Assembly (NCBI GenBank): GCA_028534125.1
Contig: CM052817.1
Span: forward strand, 49,974,001 to 50,038,000
Direction of reading: 5' to 3'
Origin: Lama glama
Taxonomy: Eukaryota
Length of the DNA: 64,000 bases
Below the pieces are notes generated by a model. It saw nothing but the letters and a program-made list of their open reading frames with translations. It did no database searches and was not told where the DNA came from. Below, piece by piece: positions 13,216-28,570 of this stretch. Both the position numbers and the translations under genes were made by a program. The first letter of the stretch is position 1; each line of letters opens with the position of its first letter.

Positions 13216-14168
13216 TAAGTAGACCTTAGGAGTATATTCTAGCGTCTTCATTTTTTCAGATGAGGAACCAAACATCCAAATAATTAGAACTAGGAGTAGA
13301 CTATAGCTATATCTTTTGATTCTTGGTTGATTGCACAAGTGATTCCCAATTTGAAAGACCATCAATATCAATTTAGAACTCTTTTCAAGAAAAAAAATTA
13401 TGAACAAATGTCCCTGAGGTTTTGATTCGGTGGATATAGTGTGGGACTGAAGAATTAGTATTTTTAAGGAATTCTAAGTGATTATAATCAGTCTCATACT
13501 GTGTTTTACTTGTGAAATGGGTGATATATATAGCCTTTTACCATCCTTGTAAGTTAATGTATTTTTACAAAAGGAGGTATGGGTTGAGTTTGAGCCAGCA
13601 AAAAGACAACTTGAGAGAAACATAAAAATGGATAAACTTCACTTATTTCCAGTAACAAAAAAAATGTAGTGTAGAAAATTTCCATTGGAAAAGGACTTCT
13701 AGTACATTTCATATCTCTGGTTTTTAGCTAGATAATCAAAAAGACTTCTGTTTGATAAATTGGTCAAATTAGATTTTAACAAAATCTATTGAAGCTTCAT
13801 TGGAATTGCTAGAATTTAGAACTAGAGAATCTGCGGTGGAGATTATGTAAAGGGAAATCTATTTAATTGGATCCTAGGAAAATAAAAGCTCTATTTAGAA
13901 AGGACCACATGGTTTCAACTTATATAAGTGCATGGGAATGCATGATCTGTAAGTTACCCTCCCAGCCATATACTATGATTTCCTAGTGAATTGTTTTCAT
14001 TCTGATACGATAATGAAATTGTATGCTGCAGTGTTTAATTCTGATGTCCAGGTAAGTAACTTGATAGTCAGAATCAGAAAGATAGAGATAGCTTTCTTTA
14101 AAAGTATGATCTTCCTTCTGAAAATAAGAAATTACCAAGATACATGGAAGTAGTTTTTCCATTTTATT

Positions 14169-14230
14169 TCATGCAATATGTAGATTTTTCTTCAACCTCT
14201 CTCTCCTGCCTTCTGTGGTGGATTCTTGGC
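14169..14230 (-). CDS. STAP1: STAP1 exon 9 (last) CDS to stop
   Basis: atcag| (G)QESTTEGRRERLKKNLHIA* (TGA at 14169-14171); resembles the recalled human C-terminus ...LKKNPHIA; exon lengths sum to 894 nt = 297 aa + stop. Confidence 0.93.
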
Positions 14231-16739
14231 CTGATAATTGTGGGTAGAAAAGCTTGATTTTAATAAAGAACCAGTATTGAAGAGTCGGACAGTTCATTCT
14301 TTTAAACATCAATTGATTTTCCTGCTTGTATATGAAGCATTGCTGGTGTGTTTAATAAATGTTAGTTAACCCAATACTGAATATTCAGATGCCTTTTTAA
14401 TTTGTATTTTATCCTAGACCTGTAACTTGTTTCCTCACAAGTTTTTCTCTAGCATTTTTTTTCCTAGCTAATTTAATGTTATTTATCTATCCTACCGTAT
14501 TTTGACGTTGCTTTTAGTTTATACTGATAATTTCTGAAACTGGGAAAAATCAATTGAGGAAATATCTTTGACTGTTGGTTCCATCAGTGCTCTTGCTTCT
14601 GGTGTCAAAGAGAAAGCTGATTGCTGACATGGGTTTAACAAGGCTCAAAGAAAATCTTTCTTTGGTAGTATTTTATTGGAAACACCTTCACTTTCTCTAA
14701 GTCTCCAGATATTAACCTTTAGGTGCTTTACAACTTCGAAATTAAAGATAAGGGCTCTGGCATTCCCACTGTGCCCCTTTTCAGCTAATCAGCTGTGAGT
14801 CCACACTCCTGAAACAGTTAGAGGCTCCCCCCAAAGTTTCCTTAAAATTTCAGCACTATTTGTCAAGACCAGTTTTGACCTTTTTGTAGTTTTTCTTAGT
14901 CCTATTTCCACTCTCATTTACTCTTCCAGTTTACTTTTCCATCATCTTTCTGCTTTTGAAAGAAAATATATTACTCTACAGAAGATAGTGTGATTATTTG
15001 AAGTCTCTCTTCATGTTCCCCTCTAGTTCTGTCTGTTCATCTATCATTCCCTAATCCATATAATAAGAGAATCTAAAATGCAGAAAGGTTGAGTAATTTG
15101 TTCCTGATCACAAAGCAAAAAATCAGTTCAGCCACCAGAAAAATAGTAATAGCAAAGACTTTGACAATAAACTAAGAAATAAATCATTGTCTAAGTCCCA
15201 GGCTAATTCCTGAGATATAGATCTGTGAGGCAGCCTCAAAGCAAAATACCAAAGGCTTTGAAACTGGAACACTTCCCACAGAAACAGTAAGGCAGAACTG
15301 GTTCAATCTAGTCAGGATGGTTGCCTGCTTAAAAAAAAAAAAGAAAAAAGCCCCAGAGGGTTTTAATCGGATCCAGAGGCCCATGACATAGTATTCAAAA
15401 TAAAATACCCAAGATTACAATTCACATTACTTGGTAGACAGAGTCAGAAAAACGTGACCAATTCTCAAGGGAAAAGACAACAGATGCCAACACTAAAATA
15501 ACCATGATGTTGAAATTATCAAAGATGTTAAAGAGCTATGCTCCATGAGGTGGTGATAAGCACTCTTGAAACAAATGGAAGGATAGATATTCTTAACAAA
15601 GAAAGGAAGATTATAAAAACCAAGCAGAAATTTTCAAAGTGAAAAAAAATCTGAAAAAAAAGATCCACTGGTTGGATTCAGAAGTTCTTCAAGTTGAAGA
15701 GAAATGATTCCACAGGAAAAAGAGCAACAGGAATAGGAGATATCTAGGTAATAATAGCCTATTTTTCTCAAATTCTTTAATACATTTATAGCAATTGAAA
15801 GCAAAAATTAGAACATCATTTGGTGGAGTTTTCAATGTTATATAGATGTAGTACATGTGACAGCTATAACAAGGAGGCGGAAGTAAAGGGACCTATATGG
15901 TTGCAAGTCACTATTGGTTAGAAACATGTTACAGGTCAATCTACCTTCAAGATACAGGGTTTACACAATGCATGAATACCAGGAAATGAGAATCATGTAA
16001 CTGACAGAATATGCAAAAGTGATGGGATGTCAGTACCATGGTTATGTTACATTATGTAAGACTCCTCCTTACCAGTAGATTTACTCAGTAGCCCCTCCTT
16101 CCTTCATGCCCACCTCCACCCACTTCATAGCTATCTTTGAAGAAGCCAGCTGCTATGAATCCTAGAACTGCAAGGAAGTGAATTCTCCAAACAACCTGAG
16201 TGAGTAGATCCTTCTTGCTGAAGTCTCAGATGACAACCCAGCCTAGCCAACACCTTGATTGCAAATTTGCGAAAGACCCAACTAAGTCAGGCCCAGACTC
16301 TTAACCCACAGACACAGGAAAGGATGAAGTGAGGGGAGAGAGAATATGAATATCTATACTTGAATATTTATCACTGGAGATGCAGAACCACTGAGAAGGT
16401 TTTTTTAAAAAAGTTCAAAAATAAACATGGATTTGGATTTCAGCTTCATTTACTAGCTTTGTGTGAAAACTGAAGTGTTGCTTTTTTTGATCATAAAATG
16501 GGAATAATAGTATCTTCCTTGTAAGATTGTTGGGAGCAATAAAATGAGATGATGTAATCCTGGGACTTCACATAATGCGAAGAATGTAGTAGGTGAATAG
16601 TTACTTGCGATGGTCCTTTTGTGTTTCTGGGAGTGACATTTTTCCTCCTGCTTCCTCCTCCAATACTATGCTTGGGCATTCACCAATTTATTATACCAAC
16701 ATCATCCACTCTGTGCCAGACCCTGGGTCAGAAGATTAA

Positions 16740-19294
16740 TTCAAAGATTAAGGCTAAAATGAACCAACTCCTTGAAAGACTACCAAAATTCTCTCAAGAA
16801 AAAAATAATATAACCTGAATTTCCCTGCATCTAAATTCAATTAAAGAGATTGAATTCATAGTTTAAAACCTTCCACCAAAGTAATCTTCCAGCCCATATA
16901 GTGAATTCCACCAAGTATTTAAGGAAGAAATAATACCAGTCTACACACATTTTCAGTCTATAAAAGAAAACAATACTTTTCAGCTCATTTTTTTGATTCC
17001 AGCATAACATTAATACCAAAACTAGACAAAATAATTATTTTAAACAGATAATACGTATGATCAAGTGGGTATACACACAAGGCTGGTTAAAAAATGGAAA
17101 ATCTATCAGTTGATCCACCATATTAAGTAAAAGGAAAAATGATCATCTCAATAGGTGCATAAAAATAATTGGACATAATTCAGTATCCTTTCATCATTAA
17201 AAAAAATTAAACACCTCTCAGCAAACCAGGAATTAAGGGAACTTTTTCAGTCTGATAAAGGGCATTAAAAATAATAAACTACAGCCAATGTCATACTTAG
17301 TGAAAGATAGAATGTTTTTCCTTTAAAACTGGGAGCAATGCAAGAAAGTCCACCCTTAACATTTCAGTTCATCATTGTTCTAGACATCCCAACCAGTGCA
17401 GTAATACAAGAAAAATAATTAAAAGGTATCCAGGTTGGATTATGTGAACTGAAACTACTTGTATTCACAGATAACAGGGTTTCTATATAGAAAATTCCAA
17501 GGAATCAACCCAAAAAAAGCCTTTAAATGAATAAGTGATATTAGCAAAATACTGGAATACAAGATCAACATACAAAAGTTATATTTCTGTATATTACCAT
17601 TGCACAGTTGGAATTCAAACTTTCAAAAACTATTTTAACAATAGCACTCAAAAATTAAATACATAGGTATTTAACAAAACGTGTGGGATCTGTATACTGA
17701 AAAATAAAGCACTATAAAAGAAATCAAAGACAACCTAAATAAATGGAGGGATATGTGTCTTTCTCAGTTGGAACACTCAGTATTCTCAAGTTTTTCTGAG
17801 TTGATTTATAGATTCAACAAAATCCAAATCAAAACCCAAGAATATTTTTCTGTGATAACATTAATATAATTCTAAAACTTATACTAAAAGGCAAAGAAAC
17901 TAGATTGATCCAAAAAATCATGAAAAGAACAAAGTTGGACTTACACCTCTTGATTTCAAGAATTATTGTAAAGCTCCAGTAATCAAGATGGTGTGCTATT
18001 GGCAAAAGGGTGGGAACATACATCCGTGGAAATTGATACACAAAAATATAGTCAACTGATTTTTTACAAAGGTGCACAGGCTATTTAATGAAGAAAGGAT
18101 GATCTTTTTAAATAAATGATGCTAAAACAATTACATATGTAAATACAAATAAAATGAACTTTGACTCATCCCTCTTACCTTAAACATATTCCAAGTGATC
18201 ATAGACCTAAATGTAAAATAGAAAACTATAACACTTCTAGAAGAAAACATAGGTTAAAAAAAATCTTTGTGATCTCTTGTTAGGGAGAGTCCTCAGATAC
18301 AACACCAAAAGTTCAATCCATAGAAGCAAAAATTGACAATTTGTACTTCATCAAAATTTAAAATTTATGCTTTGCAAAAGATGCCATTGAAAAAAACAAA
18401 ACATTTGTATATCTTGCATCTGACAAAGGACTTGTATTCAGAATATGAACAGAACTGTCAAAACTCCACCAGAAGAAAACTCAATTAAAAATATAGGCAA
18501 AATATTTAAGCCTATATTTTGCCAAATTAGATATATGAATGGCAAATAGCCCATAAAAAGATACTCAACATCATTAATCATTAGGGAAATGCATTTTAAA
18601 ACTAGAGATACCACTATACACTTACTAAAATAACTTTAATGACAATATAAAGTGCTGGCAAGGATGCAACTAAAATTCTCAGACATTAATGGTACACATG
18701 CAAAAAGGTAGGACCACTTGTGAGAAGTTTGACAGTTTCTTATAAAGTTACATATACACTTATTATATGACTCAGCAATCTCATTCCTAGATATTTTACC
18801 AAAATGAGGTGAAGACTTAAATTCACACAAAGATCTGTATATGAATGTCCATGTAACTCAATAATTGCCCCAAACTGGAAACAACCCTAATATGTTTAAG
18901 TTGGTAAATGGATAAACAAACTGGTACCTCCCTACAGTGAAATACTACTATTCAGTAATTTTAAAAAAAAAGTGAGCTATAATACGCACAACACTTGTGT
19001 GACTCTAGACATTATGAGTGAAAGAAATCAATGTCAAAAGACTCCATACTGTAATTCCATTTATATGACATTCTGGAAAATGCTAAACTATAGGAGTGGA
19101 AAATAGATCAGTGGTTGCCAGGGATTATATGTAAGAGGGTTGACTGAATAGAAAGAACATTACAGCATTTTTAAGGTGACAGAACTTTCTATGTCGTGAT
19201 TGTGGTGATGGTTGTCAAAACTCATAGAACTATGCACCAAAAAGTAAATTTTATTGTATGCAAATTAAATAAATTTTTTAAAGAAAGAAAAAAA
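16740..19294 (+). mobile_element. Old LINE-1 (L1M-type) 3' part: decayed ORF2 and 3'UTR with A tail
   Basis: A-rich strand with L1 ORF2 hallmarks (gatcatctcaataggtgca, atacaagatcaacatacaaaa, ctagaagaaaacatagg, ggaaatgca...ccactatac); no intact ORF. Confidence 0.85.
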
Positions 19295-20034
19295 TAGCCC
19301 CTGTACATAAGACAAACCACACTTGGAATTATTTATTCAATTCACAGTTTCTCCTTTACTAAAAGTTCCAAGAAGGCCATACTTTATTCTCAACACTAAG
19401 AATTTGTAGCCCAAGGATGTGCACCTACCCTTCTCTCCTTAACGTGAAAGAGCTTGGGCTAACTTCAGAGGATTAGAGAGCACATGAAGGTGGATCAGCC
19501 AGCCCCAGCTGACCAGCAGCACTAGATGTATGAATGAGGCCAACTTGGACCATCCAGCTCGTCAAGCCACCAACTGGTATAGTTCTGTAAGTGATACCAA
19601 GTGAGACTAGCAAAAGAACTATACGACTGAATCCAATTCAAATTGCTGATGTGCAGAATTGTAAGCAAATAAAATGCTGGTTGATTTAACCACCATGTTT
19701 TAGGGGTGATTTGTTACACAGCATTAGATAGTGTATACTATCATCTATGGAGAAGCCAAATTATATTGGATTCCCCACGCCCATTTTTAAAAAGTCATTT
19801 GAGAGATGTTACAAGAAATCCTCTTGTCTCTGAGGGAAAAGAAAAGAAAAGCTTAGGTTAATAGGACATTCCCAGAGATTTCTATTAAGTGGTGTTTTCC
19901 TGCATAAAGCCCAGGTAATGTATTGTGCTGAAATATCTATAATAACATGTTCATCCTTTGTGGTTATATTTTAAGACAGAGAAGGTCAACGATGAGAGGG
20001 AGAAGTTGAAGGCACCAATATTTATAGATGGCAA

Positions 20035-20375
20035 AGAGAGAGACTAAGAGGGGACATGGTGGCTGTTTTTAAATATTTGATGGGCTTTTTAAAACCCCAT
20101 GTTGTTTCAAAGCCAGAAATTGGATTACTATGTATAAGATAAAGGAAGAATGTTTCCGACTCAATGGTAAGGAAGAATTCTCTAATACAAGAGCTGACTA
20201 ACAGTGAATTATGCTGCCTCAAAAATCAGTGAGGCAGCTATCATTAGGAATTTGCAAACAAGCTGAATGGTCACATTTTAAAGATGTTTTCTGTACTGAG
20301 TATGCAGGTGATTCCTATACAAACTGAGACAATATACTGGATAATTTTCTAAAGTTCCTTCAGACTCTGAGTCTT
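20035..20375 (+). mobile_element. CR1/L3 LINE 3' end fragment
   Basis: agactaagaggggacatggtggctgtttttaaatatttga...aaggaagaattctcta...ctaaagttccttcagactctgag; a related antisense copy lies at ~37610-37800. Confidence 0.6.
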
Positions 20376-20679
20376 TTAAAATTATTTGTCATCACGAGAT
20401 TCATAGCCATGTTGTAAAACTTGGACTTTTAAACTTGCTGTTCTTTGAATTAGACTTTTCAGATATGCCGTGCTGTAGGTAGCCAAAACAAGTTGTTTTC
20501 CCTCATAATTTGTAGGAACAGAGACTTGTTTTGATAACTGAAAACAAACAAGCTGGAGATATTTTTTCTCTCCTGCTTACAGTTTGTCAAGTGACCATGT
20601 GTACCAGGGATAGTTTCAAAGGATGGAGAGAAACTGTCACATCCAGCCTGCCCTGCTTTGCCAAAAGCTGGACTACAAA

Positions 20680-20812
20680 CAGGGCCAGTTTCATAGTCAT
20701 ATGAACTGTGCAGTTGCACTGGGTCCCATGCTTGGCTTAATGGTTCACTACCACTGTTTTGAAATTCTTAATTTATGAACAAGAGGCCCCACAAATTTTG
20801 TAGCCAATCCTA
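20680..20812 (+). mobile_element. MER91-like (hAT-Tip100) element
   Basis: cagggccagtttcat...ttgaaattcttaattt...ggccccacaaattttgtagccaatcct. Confidence 0.7.
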
Positions 20813-21256
20813 ACTCTACAGTCTTTTAGTTGTAGTTCCTCACCTTGTTATCTTGCCCTCTGCCTTCTGCCTTTACAGTGGAATAAGACCTCTCAAGTCA
20901 TCTGTTGCCTAATGGCCAGTTCCTATAGTCTCCCCTGAAATCCTCATCCATTTTCATCTGTCTAGAGCATCTGACATTGTTGGCAGACCATACCTTTAAA
21001 TTCCCTGTTTGGTTTCTATGACTCTATATGAATGTGGTTTTCTTATCTCTGAACTTGTTTGATAAACGTGCCTCAGGGTTTTTTCTCTAGAAGGGGTCCA
21101 TGTTCTATCCATCAGAATTTATTGGTACTCCCTTATTTCACAGGTCAGTGATAAAATGATTTCCAAATGGATAAATTTAAAATCTGAACTATAGTTCTAC
21201 CTGGTTAGTATTACAAATCATATACAATTTTGTTTTGTTTTGTTTTGCTTTTCTTA

Positions 21257-21496
<240 letters not shown>

Positions 21497-23295
21497 TCAG
21501 TTCCTCACTTCAGTGGGTTACTGAATGGCCAAGGTTTTGCCTACCCATGCATTTTATTTCTCCTTTATAGCCGTATCTAATTCCCTATTGAGAAATTACC
21601 CCTTTCCCATTGGATACGTTTTGATGGACAATAATTAGATACCCTGCTATTTTCCTGTTATTACATGAGAATGTGACTCAAGTTAGGCCAAAACAAAACA
21701 AAACAAACAAAAAAAACCCTTCAAGAAATTTGAACTTCATAGAGAACCAAGAAAGGATAGCAGACTCCTAATCAGATGATACTTAGTATCAGTAAATACT
21801 TCCTAGTGTCAGAAGGCTTTCAAGCCTTCCAGTCATTCTTTGTGCTTCCTGTGTTCCTAAAATAAGTCCTTTTTTTTTTTTTGCTTCAGTTAGCCATAAT
21901 TGGTTTCTTCTGCTTGAAACAGAAGAATCCTTTAAAGCCAGCAAACTTAGCATATTAGTATCTCATTGTAACAGGATAATTTACTTGGCTAGGAGTAACT
22001 GAATTGTCTGGCTGCTCTGTAAACCAATATTTTTATGCAAGGAAAATCAGGTTAAACTTGAATATCCCTGGTAAACTTGAAGAGGAAAAAGAATTGACAA
22101 AATGACAACCCGGTTGGGGAGTATGAAAGGTAAAAGAGCAATCCAGGGTGCTAGCTTTCCTTACACTGGGGGCTGTTGGGCTAATGACAGATGAATGAGC
22201 CCCAGTTCACCAGCTGCAGAGACAGTCTTCCCTGACCACTGCTTCCAGTCACTTGGTTATTTGGATTATCGTTCTGCATTCTAATTCTGTTTCCTTCATT
22301 AGAATTTTTGGAAAAGCCCATTCAGGCATGGACATGAGAACTAAAAAGCTCTAGGAAACATGGCAAGGACCTAAGTGGGGTATATGAAGTAGCAGCTGTC
22401 TGGCTCTTGGTAAAGGTCACACTGCACTCTGAGGGTTATAGTCAGAACATAAGAAATTCAACACTACACTCCCTTTCTCTGACCAACACAGTGGGCCTGG
22501 GGAGGCAGAGGCACTAGGAGCTCAATTTTAGAGAAGATATCATGAATATCTTCAAGATCCATTGCTTCCATTTAAATGGTGTCACTTCCCTGGCCCTATC
22601 TTCCCACCACTGCAGCCTAAGATCACAGAGCTATATTCCCTTTTCCTAGAATACAGACTGTAAATACCAGTTTTTCCACCTGTGTAATAGGTGTTACCTC
22701 AGGGTAATGATAAAAATTAAATTAGATGATGTAAAGTATTTAGCTCTGTGCCTAACAGTATGCAGTGGTTATGATATTTTATCATTAGCCCTATGATAAG
22801 TTGGTTGGGATAGGAAGGGGGTTGAAGATGAGGAAGAAATTCTTTCTTCACTATTGTGTCACCATTAGGGGAATTTCTGAACAACTGCATAGTGTGATAC
22901 ATAATACAACTGCTGTATTAGAGGACTAGGCATTCAAAGATTTTTTCCCATTAGAGATAAACACATTGAAATACATACTTCTAATTGGAGGATGTAAAAC
23001 AGATACTTAACAGAAATATTTTTCTCTCTCTGAGGCAACTGTTTGATAAAGATTTTCAGGGAAGTGGAAAGAATTGTTAGCAAATTATCTTCTACTCTGC
23101 CTCATTCACCTGCTGTCGCATCTCATTTCTCACCCTGTATGTCTGCCACCTTCGGGGCCTCCTAACATGGCTGTTTTTGCCAACACTATGTTCTTAGGTA
23201 AGGAATATGCTTTTCCACCTTACTTTGTATTCTATAAGATAGTTTTGGGAGGAAGCAGGAGAAAATTAATCAACAATAAGGAAATAGCTACTTAC

Positions 23296-23365
23296 AGGTT
23301 TTTCCAAATCAATAGTATAGTTTTGTCCTACACTCATCACTTTGTAGTGCTTGATTCTTGGAAGG
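23296..23365 (-). CDS. STAP1: STAP1 exon 7 (SH2 domain)
   Basis: tttag| (D)[23 protein letters not shown] |gtaagt; 70 nt. Confidence 0.96.
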
Positions 23366-23489
23366 CTAAAATGAAAAGAAAAAAAAAAGGTTCATCTCCA
23401 TTTGAGTATACTATTGGGTCAATTAAACTAAAGTGATTATAAAATATCACCTGTATAGTAAAACTATACTCCCATGATTTGGGTTTGGC

Positions 23490-23492
<3 letters not shown>

Positions 23493-23520
<28 letters not shown>
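23493..23520. repeat. (AC)14 microsatellite in STAP1 intron 6
   Basis: Perfect AC dinucleotide run. Confidence 0.9.
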
Positions 23521-23524
<4 letters not shown>

Positions 23525-26500
23525 TTTGTTTGTTTTACTGTTTACTTTTTTCCTATGTCTCTTTTTATGGGGTTATACACTAGGGATATAGGAAACTTGG
23601 GTCACTGAGTAGATGAATGAGAAGAATAACAGATGAAAAAAGAAACCAAGAACTAAAATCTTCCAGGCAGAAACTTTTTTAAATGCTAGTAATTTACAAA
23701 GTAGACAATATAAAATCCTATGTAGGTATATAAAAATCAAATATATATTCTCTATATTAGAAGGGAAGTAGAAAGAAATTCTGAAAGCAAATTACTTTCT
23801 TCTTCACCTCATCAATATTCCCATTAGAATGCCCTCAATGGCTGTTCTTCCTGCTAGCCATATACCACCCTGGATATCTTCTAACTTCAGAGATGCCTTA
23901 GAGATATGGAAAATGGTAGGTGTTAGGTACTAAATGAACACACAGGTGAGAATGTAAGTACAGTAAATGAATCCTAATGTCTTCCTCTTCTGTAGTCACA
24001 TAGCACTCTAAAGTATTACCATCCTAAATGCATAGTACTTTATTGACTATAACTGTTTTAGAACAAAATATATTCTATTCAATTTTGTACTCCAGCATTG
24101 GGCACACAATAAATATTTATGAAATTGAACTTTCAGAATATTGGGAACCCATCTCACAGTGCTATTTGCTAGAACTAATTTATACTGAGAGCAGTCAGTA
24201 TGTTTGCCTTAAATTTCCTTGATTCATACAGCAACAGTATCAGGACCAAGACTTTCTAATGTTGAAAAATTAACGGCATTTATTACGCTTTTATTTGCTT
24301 GAAAAACAAACTAGTTCAACATCTGTCCAATTTACAGAAGCTGCCTAAGCAAAATTGTGAGGTAAAGTTTGTCTACAGGGCTTCCCGTGTTCTTTTTCAT
24401 CACTCTTGCCATTTCCAGGTTACATTCCTCTAGGACAGAACTACAATTCTGTTTAAGGACTCTCTTATCTAATGTAATATCCAAATCTCTTAGTAGGACA
24501 GCATGTTGGAAAACAGCTAATAATTTTTTTCCAATGGCTTGCTTATTCTAGAGCTTCACTCTCAAAACATAGGATAAAACCTAACCAACTCTCTTCCTTT
24601 CTTTAAAAAAAAAAGGAGAAAAAAGGTACTCCTTAATTGTAAGCCTTCAGGAATCAGTCACAGACTGGTGAAGGAAACTTTGGGACATAAGAGATCTTAC
24701 AAGTACCCTCTTCTGGGTTGATTGGCTCTGGCTTTATCTTTATCCCTAAGTGAAAAGAGCTTTATAATCATATAGTTACCTTTGAAAATTCTCACCAATT
24801 CCAATTAGAATTCTTATACTTATATGAAATAAGTGATTATTTTTCCTTGGAAGACTGATAGAAAGCTTGAAAGGTATGGCCTCTATAACCAGAAAGATCT
24901 AGGTTCAAATTCTAATTCTGTTGTTGGAATTCTCTGAGCCTTCATGTCTTCATCTATAAAATGGAGATGGTAAAGCCTTTCTCATAGGGCTATTGTGAAT
25001 TAATGTTTGAAAAGTCCTTAGTATAATGTCTGTCATATATAGACCCTCAGTAAATTATAACTACTTTTTAATAGTTTTCAAATGTATTGTTTTTATCTTA
25101 GTAGCTTCTGTAAACCTCAGCCTCTTCACTTGTAAAACATGGAAAATACTGTTTTAGTTTTTAATTGTGCCTGAAAGAAATGTTTGTCAGGCACTCAACA
25201 GAGAGCACACAAATGTACCCCGTAAGTGTGGACAATGAGTTGTTAGTAGCAGCCATCATATCATCATCATCATTCATGGTAAAGCTGTGGGAGGAAAAGC
25301 AGCAAAAGTTAACAGGCTATCTTGGAACTTTGATTAACAGGACTAAGTTCTGAGGCAGAAAGTAAGGTAGAAAAAAATTCCATTGAAGTCACTTAAATTT
25401 TGACTCTCTGTAAAAACCTGTGTTTTGCTTTCATATTTTGTTTTTCCAAAGGAATGAAGAGGGGAATAAAAACTTAGATTGATAACATTTGTTATATTGA
25501 GGTTTCCTGACTATGACCTCAAAAAAGAAGTAACTTATCTTTTAAAAAAAAAACTGTGGCCTTAAATGTGGTTATAAATACTGTTCTTAGCTTCTGACCC
25601 CAATTTTTGCAGAGGAATGAATTTGGGGTCAGTATTTTCTATTGCTTTCTTGGCTAATGGCTTTCCACAGTGTTTATTCTTCTAGCTTACACTGTACTCA
25701 ACAATTTTAAGAAAGCAAAACCACATTATGAAGTTTGTTGTAAGAATAGCTTTATGTCTTATGAATTCATGCACCACTGGGCTGGGTAAAGTTGGATGAC
25801 ATTTTGCATCATGAGAGGAGCTACCTGATAATTTGACATTGAATGACTTTTGCCTCTTCCTGAAAACTATGATCTTCCCTCCCACAGTTGACTTGTTAAC
25901 AGATGGAGATAACTTTACTTTCAAGTACTGCTTTGTAAACCAACTTGTCCTTTTCAGCTAGTGTTTTACCAGACACACTGGTCTAAACTTGCATGGCTGA
26001 ACATTTCTCCTACAACCTGGAAGAGAATGACTTGGTTTTGTGGGTAACACTGATAGTCTAGATTTCTGCCAAAGTCTTTACATTAAGTGCTACAGTCTAA
26101 CAAGCTTAATTTCCTCTGCTCTCTACAATTTCTATTCTTTAAAATTAAGTGACCTGTTAAATAGAGGATATTAAATTCAGGCATTCTAAAAGACCTATGT
26201 TGAGGCGTTAAAGAACATACATAACAATCTGTAACATCATAGATATATCTGGCTCATAAGGAATATTTGTGCAAAACCAGTTAAAATTTTTCTTAGCCAC
26301 TTTCAGGTATAAATTATTCTCCCAAACATAAATAAGCACATATTCCAGTGTTAGAATGTTCTAGTTTGACCATTCGGTCACTCATTGCTTCCTAAATAAA
26401 AACTTTTGGTGGGGGGAATGGTCAATTTTATGAAGTGTTAAGCATTTTTGTGACCATCAGCTGTACAAAAGCATGAATTTCTATGAATTTAAACTGGAAA

Positions 26501-28570
26501 TGTGTTTTCTAAAATTAGAATTATGTAACTTTGATATGAACTCCTTTGCCAGACTCTTATGAGATTAAATATAACTTAAATACAATACAAATAAAACTAT
26601 GATGTTAAATTCATATTCTAAATATAGACACTCATTGCATTTGGTCACAACTCACATTTGCAGCAAAAAGGTTGTTATTTATCATGGCTCACTTGTACGG
26701 AAAATGCAAATCATAAGTTGGACTAATTTAGAACACGTTAAAATAGATCTTGCTGCTATTGTGCAGGAAATATATAAAGACTGTATATTTAGTCTTTAAA
26801 GAGCTATTAGATCTCATGAATTCGTTCGTTTCATGCAGAACAATAAGCACAGAGTTCACATGCAAATAGATCACTCAATCCAACCAAGAAAAGAACAGTA
26901 TGAAGGAAAAAAGTTAATCACTTTTTTGTGTATCTAATTTAACTTTCAAGCAGTTACATTTCTTTTTAAAAATCTTCAAGATAAATTCTAACTCAGTTTT
27001 ACATACTCTTATTTTTAAAGGTGAAAGTAAGCAGTTAAAGGCATTTTGTATTTTAAGTGATATTCAGTATCCTAAACCCTGAAAAAAGACAAGCTCCTTG
27101 ACCAGGCTATACTAAATAGAAAAATTCACTTTTCTCCCAGTTCTTCTAAGCTCACTGATATTTAGGGCAGTCATAACTTTTATTTCTTTTGGATTTGATT
27201 CAAGATAGCCAGTTAAATTAAAATTCAAGTTAAAAGTGAGTAATCCATGATATTCTACCATATTAGTTGAAAATCCAACATAGCAAATATTAGTCTATAA
27301 TAAACAGAAAATAATGAAACCACAGGATAGTTGACATAGATATTCACTGTGGAAAAATACACACACACACACCCATAGATTCTCTTACTTCATACACAGA
27401 ACCAGGATTTGATTTACCATCTAACATTCTTGCCATCTATTCAGTGCACATGGCTACTGTATAAAGACAAGTCTTAGTTTATATGAAGTAGTTGGCAAGT
27501 GAATGAAGCTTATTGGGCTGTGGCTTATACTAGCATTGCAGCCATATGCCATAATTTTAATTTTGCCCTGTAATGATTATTTTCTTTTTACTGTCTTTAT
27601 TCACTTGTCAGTTTCTTCGTATTTAATATGTTTAGAATTATTGATATTTACATATGGATCAGTAGAGAGATTCATTGATAGATATGGCCAAAAAAAAACC
27701 CTTAAAAAAACCCTCAGAATATTATCCCCAGAAAGAAAGAAAGAATAGCAAATTCAAGAATCAAACTTCTGTTTAAGTTCTTTTATGAAAAATAATCATG
27801 TATTGAATATTTCCATTTAGGACAAAAACTCTGTATTTTAATTATATTATCAGTTGTAAAAATGTTAAGTAAGGCAGAGTGCCTACTGAAATGCAAGTTT
27901 TTATAGACTCTGAGAGCTGGCATGGACTTTAAAAAATACAATGACCCTTACTATACAGAAAAATCAACTTTTGCATGTAAATGTTACTGACTTTATCAAA
28001 GGTAAACCATTTCACTAGAAAGGAATTCTTAACTTTGACAAAAGGCTCCTAAGTGATTCATTTTATGGTTAAGTCAGAGTATGTCACTTATTTATTCATC
28101 ACAGTCCAGGGGCCTCTCATGTCCTTCAGAGCATAACCCTTTTCTCCACAATAAGCTGAATGGCTTAGAGCCATCAGCCCCTACATCACCTCTGGAATCT
28201 CATCTACCTCTTTCTCCTTGCTCAGTCCACTGCATCGTCTTGTTTTTGAACAATCCAAGCCTTCTCCTGCCTCTAGGCATATATGATTCTTGCCTGGAAT
28301 GCTCTTATCCTAAATATTTACATGCTATATTCTCTAACTTCCTTGAGGTCTCTGCTTAAGTGTAGGCTAATAAAGTAGGCCTTCCTTGACCACCCTGTAT
28401 TAAAACAACAACAGCAACCAGAAACAATTTCTCTCTGTATCACCTCTGAGAGTTCTTCTTTCTCCCATCCTGCTTTATTTTACTTCCATAAAACTTATTA
28501 TCATATCCATGATATTTTTAGTTATGTATTTATTTATGGTCTATGTCTCCCTACAAAAATGTAGACTCTT

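Noticed and set aside
23074..23436. 120-aa + strand ORF (similarly 38783-39142 and 35427-35636)
   Set aside because: Antisense shadows overlapping STAP1 exons; non-ATG starts and no protein-like features.
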